DNA of 43,735 nt from positions 1 through 43,735 of the forward strand of contig DAOURL010000001.1 of the NCBI GenBank assembly GCA_030625165.1. The letters are read 5' to 3'. The notes beneath the pieces are model-generated. The model had not been told where the DNA came from and made no database searches. It saw only the letters and a list, made by a program, of their open reading frames with translations. Positions 34,154 through 43,735 of the stretch are shown here, one piece after another. The stretch is from Methanosarcinales archaeon (GTDB lineage Archaea > Halobacteriota > Methanosarcinia > Methanosarcinales > Methanogasteraceae). Position 1 is the stretch's first letter. The number at the start of each line of letters is the position of its first letter. A program made the translations under genes and the position numbers.

Positions 34154-34314
34154 ATATTCACCTGTGTGCCTACAAATGATTTCGGATCGATATATATCTT
34201 TCGATTTACCGGGGCTGCCCCGAGACGTTGCTGTTGTTGTTGCTGTCGGTACTTCGGTTAGTGCTCACCGAAAAATAAAGTAGCAAAAGTTTATGATGAC
34301 ATTCCACATCCCTG

Positions 34315-34436
34315 ACATTCGTGCGATTCGTTTATTCGTGCCATTCGTGACCCCTTGCCAATTTTATGCCTTTGGCGCTGCTCGCTACGCTCACAGTCAC
34401 GAATTACGCGTTTGGGCGAATGACACGAATTTTAAC
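34315..34436. repeat. CACGAAT repeat family member
   Basis: acattcgtgcgattcgtttattcgtgccattcgtga...ttttatgcctttggcgctgctcgctacgctcacagtcacgaatt...cacgaattttaac. The core is the reverse complement of 38710-38755. Confidence 0.8.
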
Positions 34437-34459
34437 ATATTATTTTCTGGCAAGTCCTG

Positions 34460-36451
34460 TCACGCAACCGCGGTTCCAGCCGGAACCTCGCGCTCTGGCA
34501 TGAGCAGGATTGCGCCGTCAGAGTCGCCTGCAAGGATCATGCCTCGTGATTCGACGCCGAATAACTTTGCTGGCTGCATGTTTGCAAGCACCACAACCTG
34601 CCTTCCAACCAGATCATCAGGGTTATGAGTCTCTGCGATTCCGGCAACGATCTGCCGATCCCGATTCTCGCCAAGATCGACGAGCAGTCTCAAAAGTTTC
34701 TTCGATTTCTTGATAGGTTCGGCGGAAACGATCGTGCCGATGCGGATGTCCAGTTCTGAGAACTCTTCGAAAGTGACGTGTTTCTTCTTTACTGCCTTGC
34801 TGACCCGTTCCTCGAGAATCTCTTCCATCTCCTGTATCGCTCTGTCCTCGATCTTTGCAAAGAGCATCGCTGGCTTTGGTATCGGCTGCCCGACCGCAAT
34901 CTCTACTGTCGCTTTATCATACGAAGCACCATCAAGCCCCGCGTCCATGCCGACCTGAGCCCATGCGGCAGATGCTGTCACCGGCATCACCGGCTCAAAG
35001 AGTACAGCAAGGGCTTTTACGATCTGGAGGCAGTTCCTGACAACCTTCCCTGCACCCGAAGCGTCCGTCTTTATCAGTTGCCACGGCTCGTTTGACTGGA
35101 AATAGACATTGCCAAACGCGGCAAGGTTCATCGCAGCATCGATGCCGCGTTTGAACTCGTATTCATTAAACGCTGCGATCACAGCATCCCTTGCATCCCC
35201 GATTTTCTCCATGACCTCCGGATCGATATCCCCTTCAGGAACCGTTCCAAAGTTCTTGTGCGCGAAGAGCAGTGTGCGGTAGACGAAATTGCCAAGCGTC
35301 CCAACGAGTTCGTTGTTCACCTTCTCCTGAAAAACCTTCCACGAGAAGTTCAGTTCCTTCGTGTGCGAGGTGTAGCTTGCAAGATAGTACCGCAGCAGGT
35401 CGGGATGGAATCCCTTGTCGAGATAATCGTCATTTACCCAGACAACGTACCCACGGCTCTTCGAGAACGTCTTATCCCCTATCTTGACCATTCCTGATGC
35501 GACAACCGCTCTTGGAAGCGTGTATCCTGCGCCTTTGAGGAGTGCGGGCCAGAAGATGCAGTGGTGGTAGATGATGTCTCCGCCGATGAAATGTATGATA
35601 TCGGTATCTCCGCCCGGGTTCATCCAGTATTTCTTCCAGTCAACCCCGTGCTCGTCTGCCCACTCCTCTGTAAACGAGATATAGCCGATCGGCGCGTCCA
35701 CCCAGACATAGACCACCAGATTCTCGTGATCAGGAAACGGGACACCCCATTCGAGATTTCTCGTGATGCACCAGTCATGCAGTTCCTTATTGACCCATCC
35801 CAAGGCATAATTCCTTGCATTCGATGTTCCGCCAAGTTTGTCAAGATAATCCGAAAGAAAACCTTTAAATTCTGATAATCTGAAAAAGAAGTGCTCCTGC
35901 ACCCGGTATTCTGCTCTGCTCCTGCATATCTTACATAGCGGCTCAAGAATCTCCCCGGGCTCAAGATGCTTGCCGCAACCCTGATCGCACTCATCGCCCC
36001 GCGCCACAGCGCCGCAGTCAGGACAGACACCTTCGACATACCTGTCAGGTAAAAATCGATCGCACGTCGGGCAGTATGCGAGTTCGATACTCTGCGAAAA
36101 GACATAACCATTCGCAATCAGCGTATTCACGATCTCGGTGGTGCGGTTGTGGTTCGTGTCGGATTCAGTGTTTCCGAATTTGTCGAATATGATATTTAGT
36201 GACTTGAAGGTCTCATCAAAATGATCGTGATACTTTTGTACAAGTTCTGCCGGCGTCACGCCGAGTTCCTCTGCATTGATTACGATCGGTGTGCCATGCG
36301 CATCGGATCCGCATACAAACGTCGTATCCTTCCCCTGTTTCCGAAGCGACCGCACGAACAGGTCGGCTGGGATATACGTCCTGAGATGCCCGATATGCGC
36401 GGGTCCGTTCGCATACGGCAGTCCGCATGTGACGAGTGTTCTTCTCTGCAT
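34460..36451 (-). CDS. metG: Methionyl-tRNA synthetase with a C-terminal tRNA-binding (Trbp111/EMAP-like) domain
   Basis: [12 protein letters not shown] (HIGH), zinc knuckles CPTCDRF and CPDCG, KFSKSRG (KMSKS) and C-terminal [28 protein letters not shown]. Confidence 0.95.
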   Translation of the reverse strand: MQRRTLVTCGLPYANGPAHIGHLRTYIPADLFVRSLRKQGKDTTFVCGSDAHGTPIVINAEELGVTPAELVQKYHDHFDETFKSLNIIFDKFGNTESDTNHNRTTEIVNTLIANGYVFSQSIELAYCPTCDRFLPDRYVEGVCPDCGAVARGDECDQGCGKHLEPGEILEPLCKICRSRAEYRVQEHFFFRLSEFKGFLSDYLDKLGGTSNARNYALGWVNKELHDWCITRNLEWGVPFPDHENLVVYVWVDAPIGYISFTEEWADEHGVDWKKYWMNPGGDTDIIHFIGGDIIYHHCIFWPALLKGAGYTLPRAVVASGMVKIGDKTFSKSRGYVVWVNDDYLDKGFHPDLLRYYLASYTSHTKELNFSWKVFQEKVNNELVGTLGNFVYRTLLFAHKNFGTVPEGDIDPEVMEKIGDARDAVIAAFNEYEFKRGIDAAMNLAAFGNVYFQSNEPWQLIKTDASGAGKVVRNCLQIVKALAVLFEPVMPVTASAAWAQVGMDAGLDGASYDKATVEIAVGQPIPKPAMLFAKIEDRAIQEMEEILEERVSKAVKKKHVTFEEFSELDIRIGTIVSAEPIKKSKKLLRLLVDLGENRDRQIVAGIAETHNPDDLVGRQVVVLANMQPAKLFGVESRGMILAGDSDGAILLMPEREVPAGTAVA

Positions 36452-36487
36452 CGAGTACTGGTTTTTGGATGTTGGGTGATATATTCC

Positions 36488-37525
36488 TTATGGTCGTGCC
36501 TTGACGCGGCGTGCAAGCGGCGCGCCATACGACACATCCTCAAGTTCCACCGCCTTCTGCCACAGATGCACGCAGTCGCACACAATCTCGGGATTCTCGA
36601 GATCGGAGATATCCTGCGAAAGCGAGAACCGGTTGATCGCGCCAGCGGCGGTACGATCGCATCTGCCGCAGTTGTGAGGTCCGTACCTCGAACCCGCGCC
36701 GACCGGATCGGACGTGATGATCAGGTCAGGATTCCCCCTCTTCGCGTCCCGAAGCACCGCTATCGCACTCCAGAGCCATGGCGGGCGGTACTCGCCGCGT
36801 CTTTGGAGTTTCGCAACAAACGTCCCTCTCTGGACGTTGCAGAGGTTGATCGAGACAGTCTCTGAATATCCTGACACATCGCGCACTGACCTGACCATGT
36901 CCCGGATCGCAGCGCCTTCGGACAGGAACGGCGGCTTTAGAAGCAGATATGCCTTGACAGTCGCATCATACTGGTGTGCGATCTCGCTTGCACGGATAAA
37001 ATCCTCAAACAAGAATCCTTTGTTGATGCAGGCATCTCTGATCTCATCGCTGCTCGTCTCGACCCCGATCGCAATCTCAAAGTCCTTCTGGATTCTCTCT
37101 TTGCAGAAAGCAACTGTCTTTTGTGTCACGAATTCGGGTCTCGTCTCGATTAGCACCTTTGAAACATCGGAATCGCTGTCAAGTTCCTCAAGAATCATTG
37201 ATCTCACTTCAAGCGGCACTTCGGATGCATCCAGAAAACTGCCTGATGTGAATATCTTCACCATGAACTTCCCATCCGGGCGGCGGGCAAGCGCATCACG
37301 GAACTGCGCGACCAAATCATCAGGCGACGGCGGCACGGTTGCGCTGTCGCTTGCAAAACCGCACATCGTGCATTCCTCCCCGCCCCGGCTCCGGTAGCAG
37401 CCATACGTCCGGAGGATCATGGTCAGCGATGGGATCACGCCATCCGGTAGCCGATCCGTCGAAGTCCATGCAGCAACCGGCTTATCCGGCGAATGTACTT
37501 TCTTTTTCATCTGGTATATGATCAA
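36488..37525 (-). CDS. Radical SAM protein, TIGR01210/RaSEA-like (archaeosine biosynthesis family)
   Basis: Contains GCYRSRGGEECTMCGF, a cluster motif of the type seen in this Elp3-related family, and a TIM-barrel-like core (ETRPEF, GVETSSDEI). The family assignment is from memory of the motif only. Confidence 0.5.
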   Translation of the reverse strand: MIIYQMKKKVHSPDKPVAAWTSTDRLPDGVIPSLTMILRTYGCYRSRGGEECTMCGFASDSATVPPSPDDLVAQFRDALARRPDGKFMVKIFTSGSFLDASEVPLEVRSMILEELDSDSDVSKVLIETRPEFVTQKTVAFCKERIQKDFEIAIGVETSSDEIRDACINKGFLFEDFIRASEIAHQYDATVKAYLLLKPPFLSEGAAIRDMVRSVRDVSGYSETVSINLCNVQRGTFVAKLQRRGEYRPPWLWSAIAVLRDAKRGNPDLIITSDPVGAGSRYGPHNCGRCDRTAAGAINRFSLSQDISDLENPEIVCDCVHLWQKAVELEDVSYGAPLARRVKARP

Positions 37526-37584
37526 TGATAAGGTATATATCCCTTGATCCTCCAGATGTTACAAAATCGAACATGATAACATAG

Positions 37585-38211
37585 GTGAATTGCTTGGATG
37601 AAGAAAATAATGGACAAAATGAGATAACGTACGAGCCGATTGTGCCGCTCGAGGAGTATCTTGCTGCTGGAATCCATATCGGTACCCAGCAGAAGACCGG
37701 GGACATGCACCGGTTCATCTACCGGGTTCGCACCGATGGGCTGTATGTGCTTGACGTGGAGACGACCGATAAGCGCATCCGCGCAGCGTCCCAACTGCTG
37801 ACGCGATACCCGCCACAGAAGATCCTTGTCATATCGGCGCGTCAGTATGGGCAGCGTCCTTCAGCCGTATTTGCAAAAATTGCCGGCGCGGTCGCAATCA
37901 CGGGCAGGTTCGTGCCTGGCACGCTGACCAACCCGCAGTATGCTCGCTATATCGAACCTGAGATCATTGTGGCGACCGATCCGACCGGCGATGCACAGGC
38001 AATCGCAGAGGCGGTCAGCATCGGCATCCCGGTGATCGGGTTGTGCGATACCAACAACTCGACAGCGAATGTGGATCTGGTGATCCCGACCAATAACAAA
38101 GGAAGAAAATCGCTTGCAATGATATACTGGCTTCTGACAAAGGAGATGTTCACTATAAACGGCAAAGCGAACTTCAATTATACCATAGAGGACTTTGAAT
38201 CCGAGTTATGA
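37585..38211 (+). CDS. rps2: 30S ribosomal protein uS2
   Basis: [44 protein letters not shown] and IIVATDP...[10 protein letters not shown]. The start is uncertain (GTG 37585 or TTG 37594; no in-frame ATG). Confidence 0.85.
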   Translation: MNCLDEENNGQNEITYEPIVPLEEYLAAGIHIGTQQKTGDMHRFIYRVRTDGLYVLDVETTDKRIRAASQLLTRYPPQKILVISARQYGQRPSAVFAKIAGAVAITGRFVPGTLTNPQYARYIEPEIIVATDPTGDAQAIAEAVSIGIPVIGLCDTNNSTANVDLVIPTNNKGRKSLAMIYWLLTKEMFTINGKANFNYTIEDFESEL

Positions 38212-38680
38212 CAAAGGGATCTACACACTGATCCTGTGTTTGCGCGAAAGTGTCTCCCGGGAGGTGGGAAGACTTGGGATTTTACATCTTAAGTGTGGGT
38301 ATTATGCGTACACAGGATCAGCCCGCGGGTCGGGCGGCTTCAAACGGATCGACCGCCACCTGAATGTGCTATGCGGCAGGAATATGACCCGAAAGTGGCA
38401 CATCGATCACCTGCTGCCGATCACATCGTTCCGGTGCGCAGTGGCATCATCAACCGATCAGGATCTCGAATGCGCTGTCGCGAAGGGGATCGGTCTTGCA
38501 TGCGAACCAGTCCCGGGATTCGGCTGCACCGACTGCTCATGCGTATCACACCTGCATTTCGCTTCCGAGTACGAGGATCTGCTGGACACGGTCATGCAGG
38601 CACATCTCGATGCAGGACTCTCCCCCTCAAAACGAGTGGGATTGTCGCAGCAAGCTGTATCAGAAACTGGTACGGTATAG
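38195..38680 (+). CDS. GIY-YIG domain protein (DUF123-like)
   Basis: GIYTLILCL...[21 protein letters not shown]...RKWHIDHL matches the DUF123 GIY-YIG pattern. It has a TTG start that overlaps the rps2 end by 17 nt, and a TAG stop. Confidence 0.55.
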   Translation: MNPSYDKGIYTLILCLRESVSREVGRLGILHLKCGYYAYTGSARGSGGFKRIDRHLNVLCGRNMTRKWHIDHLLPITSFRCAVASSTDQDLECAVAKGIGLACEPVPGFGCTDCSCVSHLHFASEYEDLLDTVMQAHLDAGLSPSKRVGLSQQAVSETGTV

Positions 38681-38693
38681 GAATCCAGGTGTA

Positions 38694-38794
38694 GTCGTTT
38701 ATTCGTGAAATTCGTGACTGTGAGCGTAGCGAGCAGCGCCGAAGGCATAAAATCACGAATGCCGACAAATACCGCGAATTCCGCGAATTTAACC
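38694..38794. repeat. CACGAAT repeat family member (inverted relative to 34315-34436)
   Basis: gtcgtttattcgtgaaattcgtgactgtgagcgtagcgagcagcgccgaaggcataaaatcacgaat...cgcgaatttaacc. It shares the 17-mer attcgtgaaattcgtga with copies 1 and 2. Confidence 0.85.
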
Positions 38795-38844
38795 GTTGCA
38801 AAGTCCATTAACTCCACTGAACAGTTCGAGTTGTACCGCTGCGA

Positions 38845-39828
38845 CTAATTCCGGCTCACCCCTTTAAGAATGCTGCTTGACTCCTCGACGCATCGGTTGA
38901 GTACTGCTCCGGAAGTTCCGACCACCTCCATCCCGGCAGCGCCAGCGTGTCCGCCACCAGAGCCTTGATACTCGAGACCGATGTCACGCATCAGTTCCCC
39001 GAGATTGATGCCGCATCTGATCGCATCCCGCTTTGCGCGTCCGCTCACCTTCGTTATCCCATCCCTCGCCGTTCCCACGAATGAGATGTCAGCACCGATG
39101 TTTGTAAGCGCAGTGGCAACGGCAGCCCCGAACGAATCCGACTCTGAGATGGCGAAGATCCAGTCATCGAGCTTCAGGATATTGGCACGGTTTGCTGATT
39201 CGAGTACAGTGGTACGCATCGAGATGTCCTGTGGCGTGCTCGCGAGCAGATCGAGAGCCTCGCTGTAACTGACCCCGCCTAAGTCTATGAGGTCGGCAAT
39301 CGCTCGAAACGAACCTGTTGTGGCATGTTTGAAATGTCCGGTATCTGTGATGATGCCGGTCATGAGCGCAAGCGCTGTGCGCTCCCTGATCGGAGCGTTC
39401 ATGCATTTCAGGACGTCGACGACGATCTCCGCAGTCGATCCGGCAAGCCTGTGCAGGTAGAAGCTTGCATCATCGATCAACTGGGATACCGAATGGTGGT
39501 CGATCACGCAGTAATCGCCGAGCACCAGATCGTTTAATTGCGACTGGGTCGATGTGTCCACAACCACCGTAAAATCGTAGTCGGACGGATCTGGCGCATA
39601 CACGACCTCGATCTCCAGTTGATCGACCAGCATGGAAGCTACCCTGCCGCAATAATCCGCAACACCCACCGTGCCGCCGAAAGACTCGGCAAGCGCGAAC
39701 GCACTCGATACCGCATCCGGGTCGGCATTGCGGTGACCGAGAAAGAGGACGTTTTGGTAGTTTAACATCTGGTCATAGAATGTTATTTCATCGATGTTCA
39801 TGATATGTGAGATGCGGTCAGAGTTCAA
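38845..39828 (-). CDS. DHH/DHHA1 phosphoesterase (NrnA-like)
   Basis: FLGHRNADPDAVSSAFAL, VIDHH and GGGHAGAAG motifs. 327 aa, TAG stop. Confidence 0.8.
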   Translation of the reverse strand: MNSDRISHIMNIDEITFYDQMLNYQNVLFLGHRNADPDAVSSAFALAESFGGTVGVADYCGRVASMLVDQLEIEVVYAPDPSDYDFTVVVDTSTQSQLNDLVLGDYCVIDHHSVSQLIDDASFYLHRLAGSTAEIVVDVLKCMNAPIRERTALALMTGIITDTGHFKHATTGSFRAIADLIDLGGVSYSEALDLLASTPQDISMRTTVLESANRANILKLDDWIFAISESDSFGAAVATALTNIGADISFVGTARDGITKVSGRAKRDAIRCGINLGELMRDIGLEYQGSGGGHAGAAGMEVVGTSGAVLNRCVEESSSILKGVSRN

Positions 39829-39951
39829 AAGTTTGATGTGGCTACCGGGGGTAAGTTTTGTGGGCAGGTGAGATTATTCCGGAACTTGAGTATAACTCCG
39901 CATCCCGCCCCCATCAAAAACTTAATGTGCCGCGTGCACCATCTCGGTTAT

Positions 39952-40605
39952 ATGAAGATAGCGATTCTTGGCGGGACCGGTGACATCGGCGAGGGGTTTG
40001 CGCTTAACTGGGCAGGAAACCACCACATCCGTATCGGCTCACGCAAAGCAGACAAGGCAGAGGCGGCAGCCGAAAGTTACAGAGATACGCTTGCAGGTCT
40101 TGGAATGGAAGGCAACATTCTGGGATTTGATAACCGGACCGCAGCCGAGGGCGCAGACGTGATCATACTCACAGTACCGCCCGAACATGTCTCAGGAGTG
40201 ATCGATACCGTGCGCCCGGTGCTCGATCGCCAGATCATCATCTCTCCGGTCGTTCCGATGACCAAATCCGAATATTTCGAGTACATTCCTCCGGAACAGG
40301 GGAGTGCGGCAGAGGCGATTCTGGAGATGCTGCCAGAGGGCACCTGCTTGGTTGCAGCATATCACACAATCGCGTCCAGTCGGCTGTGCAGTCTCGATCC
40401 CGCATTCAGGTGCGATGTGATGATCTGCGGCAATGACCGCCATTCAAAGGATGTCGTGATCAACCTCACCGATGAAATCGAGTGCCTGCGTCCGCTGGAT
40501 GCCGGTCCGCTCGCAGCAGCAAGGACGATCGAGTCGTTAACACCAATGCTGCTCAATCTCGCCATGCTAAATAACCTGAAAGATCCGAGCATCAAGATCC
40601 TGTAA
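39952..40605 (+). CDS. npdG: NADPH-dependent F420 reductase
   Basis: The ATG at 39952 gives MKIAILGGTGDIGEGFAL...IGSRKADKAEAAA, a Rossmann N-terminus typical of NpdG. The upstream 38 codons of the tracked ORF are not family-like. Confidence 0.7.
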   Translation: MKIAILGGTGDIGEGFALNWAGNHHIRIGSRKADKAEAAAESYRDTLAGLGMEGNILGFDNRTAAEGADVIILTVPPEHVSGVIDTVRPVLDRQIIISPVVPMTKSEYFEYIPPEQGSAAEAILEMLPEGTCLVAAYHTIASSRLCSLDPAFRCDVMICGNDRHSKDVVINLTDEIECLRPLDAGPLAAARTIESLTPMLLNLAMLNNLKDPSIKIL

Positions 40606-40612
40606 GATTACG

Positions 40613-41224
40613 ATGTCACTTGATTCCCTGCGCCCTCATGCACAAAGCATCCTAAAGCCGCTTGTTAGGGGCATGTCCCGCATGGCGATAACGCCTGATG
40701 CCCTGTCAGTCATCTCCCTTGTCTTTGCGATCTCTGCAGGAATGCTGTATGCGGTGTCGGGTGGCAGCACAACGCTCGTGCTTGCTGCCGCTGCGCTGGT
40801 GCTCTTAAACGGGGTTGCGGATGCGATGGACGGGGAACTTGCGAGAAGTTCGGGCACCGCGGGCAAGCGTGGCGACTTCCTGGATCATGTGATCGACCGG
40901 TATGCCGATGTCTCCATCATCTGCGGGATATTCTTCGGGGCGTATGTGGACTGGCGGATCGGAGTTGCTGCGGTCGTTGGCACGCTCCTTACAAGTTATC
41001 TTGGTGTGCAGGCGCAGGCAGTCGGGGTTGGCAGGTATTACGGCGGAATACTCGGGCGGGCTGACCGTCTTGTAATTATAATGCTTGCAAGCATCCTTTA
41101 CTTCCTGTATCCTCAGGATATCTATGGATTTTCATTTCTCGGGTGGTCAATAGTGTTGATAGCGATAGCAAGCAATTTAACAGCGATCCAGCGATTTGTG
41201 CATATCTGGAGGGCGCTTTCCTGA
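40613..41224 (+). CDS. CDP-alcohol phosphatidyltransferase (archaetidyl-inositol-phosphate/serine synthase type)
   Basis: DAMDGELARSSGTAGKRGDFLDHVIDRYAD matches the D-G-x2-A-R-x8-G-x3-D-x3-D signature. Membrane protein. Confidence 0.8.
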   Translation: MSLDSLRPHAQSILKPLVRGMSRMAITPDALSVISLVFAISAGMLYAVSGGSTTLVLAAAALVLLNGVADAMDGELARSSGTAGKRGDFLDHVIDRYADVSIICGIFFGAYVDWRIGVAAVVGTLLTSYLGVQAQAVGVGRYYGGILGRADRLVIIMLASILYFLYPQDIYGFSFLGWSIVLIAIASNLTAIQRFVHIWRALS

Positions 41225-41332
41225 TAGGTTCTATCGCGGTAATATTTCCTGATGTACGTACGTCTGCTGTGAATTTGGTATATCGATTTGCATAATGATG
41301 GTAAATAGTTTGTGATTTTGGTGCGATAAGAT

Positions 41333-41340
41333 TTTTATAG
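41333..41340 (+). promoter_or_regulatory. Putative TATA box for the protease gene
   Basis: tttttata lies about 60 nt upstream of the ATG at 41400. A ggaggt RBS sits at 41385-41390. Confidence 0.3.
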
Positions 41341-41399
41341 TATGTGGTAATGGTTTGATCTATGCAAATATTGCAATCGATAGATGGAGGTAGAACACT

Positions 41400-43502
41400 A
41401 TGAAGAAAATAATAGGAATCGTAATGGTACTGCTGATGCTGATGTCGGTGACAGTTGCATTGGCTGGCAACACAAAGGATACGCAGACCGGTGGCGAAAA
41501 GGTGAAAGTGATCATCGGTTATGTGGACAAGCCCAATCAGGCTGACGAGGACGTGATTCGAGGACATGGTGGAAAAACCAAGCATACATATCATATAATC
41601 GATGCGAAAGCGGTGGAAATACCGGAGCAGACTATCGATCGTATTAAGAGGAATCCAAGAGTTGCATACGTGGAAATGGATGCTGAGGTGCACACGCTTG
41701 AAGAAACGCTTCCTTGGGGCGTTGATCGCATAGATGCGGAGTTAGTATGGAATGGTACAGAGGATGGGTGTGATGTAACACCAACCAGAAATGCAGGTGC
41801 TGGCGCTAAGGTCGCGATCATTGACACTGGAATTGATGAAGATCACCCAGATCTACAAGACAACATCGCTGATGGAATAAACTATGTCGTAGGTTCACCA
41901 TTTGACGGTAAGTTTGATGACAATTGGGATGATGATAACGGACATGGAACTCATTGCGCTGGAATTGTAGCAGCAATAGACAATGGCATAGGCGTGATCG
42001 GAGTTGCACCTAACGCATCGTTGTATGCAGTCAAAGTGTTGAGCAGCAGCGGAAGAGGATGGACAAGTGATGTCATTGCGGGAATTGAGTGGACGATTGA
42101 CCCGGATGGAGACACTGGCACCAGCGACAGAATGGATGTTATCTCGATGAGCTTAGGAGGCGGTTATTCATCAGGCATGAAAGATGTGTGTGATGCGGCA
42201 TATGCTGCGGGAATTGTGCTCGTAGCAGCAGCTGGCAACGGTGGAGATGGAGATTCCACCACTGACGAATGCTCATATCCTGCTGCGTACGGTTCTGTTA
42301 TCGCGGTTGGCGCCACAAATTCAGAGGATGTGGCACCTTATTGGAGCAATTCAGGTCCATATTTGGAATTAGTAGCACCAGGAAAAGATATTTACTCCAC
42401 ATGGAACGATGGAGAATATCATACCATCGATGGAACATCGATGGCATGCCCGCATGTTGCAGGGACTGCCGCATTGGTGATAGCTTCCGACTCGTCGTCG
42501 TTAAATGTTGATGTGAGACTACGCCTACAAGAAACTGCTGAGGATCTCGGTGACACAGGATTCGACAAACAATATGGATATGGTCTTGTTGACGCAGATA
42601 ATGCAACCCAGCCAGGCGATGCCCCGCCTGTTGTAGACATTGTGAACCCAGCGGACGGTTCTACGGTTTCTGGTACAATAATCATCGAAGCAAACGCCAG
42701 TGACGATGTAAGTGTAACCAATGTTGACTTCTACATCAACGATACTTTACTTGCAACGGATGACACAGAACCTTACAATGCTTCGTGGAACACCACGACT
42801 GTAGCAGATGGTTCACATATCATAAAAGCAACAGCAACTGACACCATGGGGCAAACTGTCTCGGACACTATCACAGTGACTGTTGACAATGTTGACGAGC
42901 CGCCTACTGTGGAGATAACCAGTCCTGTTGATGGCGCTACTGTTTCTGGTACGATAACCATTGAAGCATCCGCAGGTGATGATAGAGAAGTAAGCAAGGT
43001 TGACTTCTACATCAACGATACTTTACTTGCCACAGATACAGTATCTCCTTACTTATACTATTGGGATACCATGACTGTTTCGGACGGTTCACATATCATA
43101 AAAGCAACTGCAACTGATACAGCAGAACAAACTGCATCAGACTCGATTGGAGTTACAGTCGATAACACGGCTAACTTTATGCACATCGGCAGTATTGTGA
43201 TGTCAACAGATAGTAAAACGCGAGGTCGAAACATATTTGTATGGGCAGTAGCAACGGTAACCATTCTCAATGAGTCTGGCAGTCCGGTTGAAGGTGCAAC
43301 CGTAGAAGGTTACTGGAGTGGATTGACCAGTGATTTTGATTCTGAAACTACTGATACAGAGGGACATGCAACATTGAACTCTGATTCGGTGAAGAATGCC
43401 GAAGGGACGTTCAACTTCACGGTGAGCAATGTCTCACTTACCGGATGGATCTACGACCAAGCAGCAAACGTGGAGACAAACAACAGCATAACCGCACCCT
43501 AA
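41400..43502 (+). CDS. Secreted subtilisin-like (S8) serine protease with propeptide, two tandem Ig-like repeats and a C-terminal domain
   Basis: Signal peptide MKKIIGIVMVLLMLMSVTVALA, an I9-like propeptide, and the catalytic triad in AIIDTGID, HGTHCAGI and GTSMACPHVAG. Two 90-aa repeats follow the catalytic domain. Confidence 0.9.
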   Translation: MKKIIGIVMVLLMLMSVTVALAGNTKDTQTGGEKVKVIIGYVDKPNQADEDVIRGHGGKTKHTYHIIDAKAVEIPEQTIDRIKRNPRVAYVEMDAEVHTLEETLPWGVDRIDAELVWNGTEDGCDVTPTRNAGAGAKVAIIDTGIDEDHPDLQDNIADGINYVVGSPFDGKFDDNWDDDNGHGTHCAGIVAAIDNGIGVIGVAPNASLYAVKVLSSSGRGWTSDVIAGIEWTIDPDGDTGTSDRMDVISMSLGGGYSSGMKDVCDAAYAAGIVLVAAAGNGGDGDSTTDECSYPAAYGSVIAVGATNSEDVAPYWSNSGPYLELVAPGKDIYSTWNDGEYHTIDGTSMACPHVAGTAALVIASDSSSLNVDVRLRLQETAEDLGDTGFDKQYGYGLVDADNATQPGDAPPVVDIVNPADGSTVSGTIIIEANASDDVSVTNVDFYINDTLLATDDTEPYNASWNTTTVADGSHIIKATATDTMGQTVSDTITVTVDNVDEPPTVEITSPVDGATVSGTITIEASAGDDREVSKVDFYINDTLLATDTVSPYLYYWDTMTVSDGSHIIKATATDTAEQTASDSIGVTVDNTANFMHIGSIVMSTDSKTRGRNIFVWAVATVTILNESGSPVEGATVEGYWSGLTSDFDSETTDTEGHATLNSDSVKNAEGTFNFTVSNVSLTGWIYDQAANVETNNSITAP
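42621..43166 (+). repeat. Tandem duplication of an approx 270-nt domain-coding unit inside the protease gene
   Basis: Units 42621-42890 and 42897-43166 share long identical runs (gttgacttctacatcaacgatactttacttgc; gacggttcacatatcataaaagcaac). Protein level: P.V.I..P.DG.TVSGTI.IEA.A.DD..V..VDFYINDTLLATD...PY...W.T.TV.DGSHIIKATATD. Confidence 0.9.
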
Positions 43503-43528
43503 GGAGGAGACCTCTCCTCCTCTCTTTT
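43503..43528. terminator. Bidirectional hairpin plus T tract between convergent genes
   Basis: ggaggaga cc tctcctcc forms a perfect 8-bp stem at 43503-43520, followed by tctctttt. Confidence 0.5.
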
Positions 43529-43682
43529 ATCCGGATTCCACCATCCTGCAGATATCTTCCTCCAGCCGCCTTCCCGCACCCTCTTCATACATATCCTCTA
43601 TCCTGCTTGTCCTGATTAACTCGTTTATGTCACAAAGTCGCTCTTTAAAGATCGTTTTCGCGTCATATCCGTTATCTCCCAT
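43527..43682 (-). CDS. Possible small protein (51 aa), possibly leaderless
   Basis: MGDNGYDAKTIFKERLCDINELIRTSRIEDMYEEGAGRRLEEDICRMVESG. A/T-rich TATA-like sequence (gatttatatgctcaatattatattat) lies about 10-35 nt upstream on the minus strand. It is below the ORF-track size cut-off and no homology was recognised. Confidence 0.25.
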   Translation of the reverse strand: MGDNGYDAKTIFKERLCDINELIRTSRIEDMYEEGAGRRLEEDICRMVESG

Positions 43683-43735
43683 GATCGCATAGATAATATA
43701 ATATTGAGCATATAAATCACTCTCCAGAAGGGAAT

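Noticed and set aside
5376-38847. Genome-wide reassignment of TAG (pyrrolysine or sense codon), suggested by the three in-frame TAGs at 17036, 24618 and 27663
   Set aside because: TAG also ends mvhD (5376-5378), the fused hdrA (23717-23719), the GIY-YIG gene (38678-38680), the DHH gene (38845-38847) and the partial nth-like ORF (76-78). Where paralogs exist, these stops fall at positions matching paralog C-termini. One of the in-frame TAGs lies in an hsdR remnant that is also frameshifted and truncated. TAG therefore behaves as a normal, fairly frequent stop. Only local read-through remains as a hypothesis.
41076-41693. 205-aa minus-strand ORF spanning the end of the CDP-alcohol transferase gene, the intergenic promoter region and the protease 5' end
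   Set aside because: It crosses an obvious promoter/RBS region and overlaps two well-supported plus-strand genes. Its composition is odd (H/Y/C/I-rich) and it has no motif.

Overview
The window is an archaeal chromosomal segment. Its gene content looks like a methanogen or anaerobic methanotroph (Methanosarcinales/ANME-like): Hdr/MvhD, an F420 reductase, A-type ATPase subunit C, UbiA and CDP-alcohol transferases for ether lipids, archaeal uS2 and a RaSEA-like radical SAM protein. The dominant feature is a very dense set of heterodisulfide-reductase-type genes, at 5376-7466 and 9644-26077. It holds one canonical hdrA, three 'half-architecture' hdrA modules as separate genes and a 1037-aa fused tandem hdrA. 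It also holds two hdrC, two intact hdrB plus one disrupted hdrB, two soluble hdrD-like genes, three mvhD and a V4R-domain gene. No hydrogenase, formate dehydrogenase, FrhB-like or membrane partner is visible. Other content, left to right: a cation/proton antiporter plus CBS cassette bracketed by about 285-bp direct repeats and lying next to gene fragments; a short-ORF plus GNAT toxin-antitoxin-like pair; serA; rnhB; a decayed type I R-M locus (hsdM intact, half hsdS fused by deletion to an hsdR remnant) carrying an AT-rich cargo of unknown ORFs and gene fragments; a coupled atpC-ubiA pair; metG; the radical SAM gene; rps2; a GIY-YIG gene; a DHH phosphoesterase; npdG; a CDP-alcohol phosphatidyltransferase; and a secreted subtilisin with a tandem domain duplication. 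Non-coding signals include a dispersed CACGAAT/ATTCGTG-rich repeat family at five loci. There is also a 64-66 nt two-hairpin palindromic element present twice in and at the disrupted hdrB, once as an in-frame 18-codon insertion. Three in-frame TAG codons occur; TAG also works as an ordinary stop here. No tRNA, rRNA or CRISPR array was recognised. All calls rest on reading motifs in the supplied translations and DNA. No database search was run.
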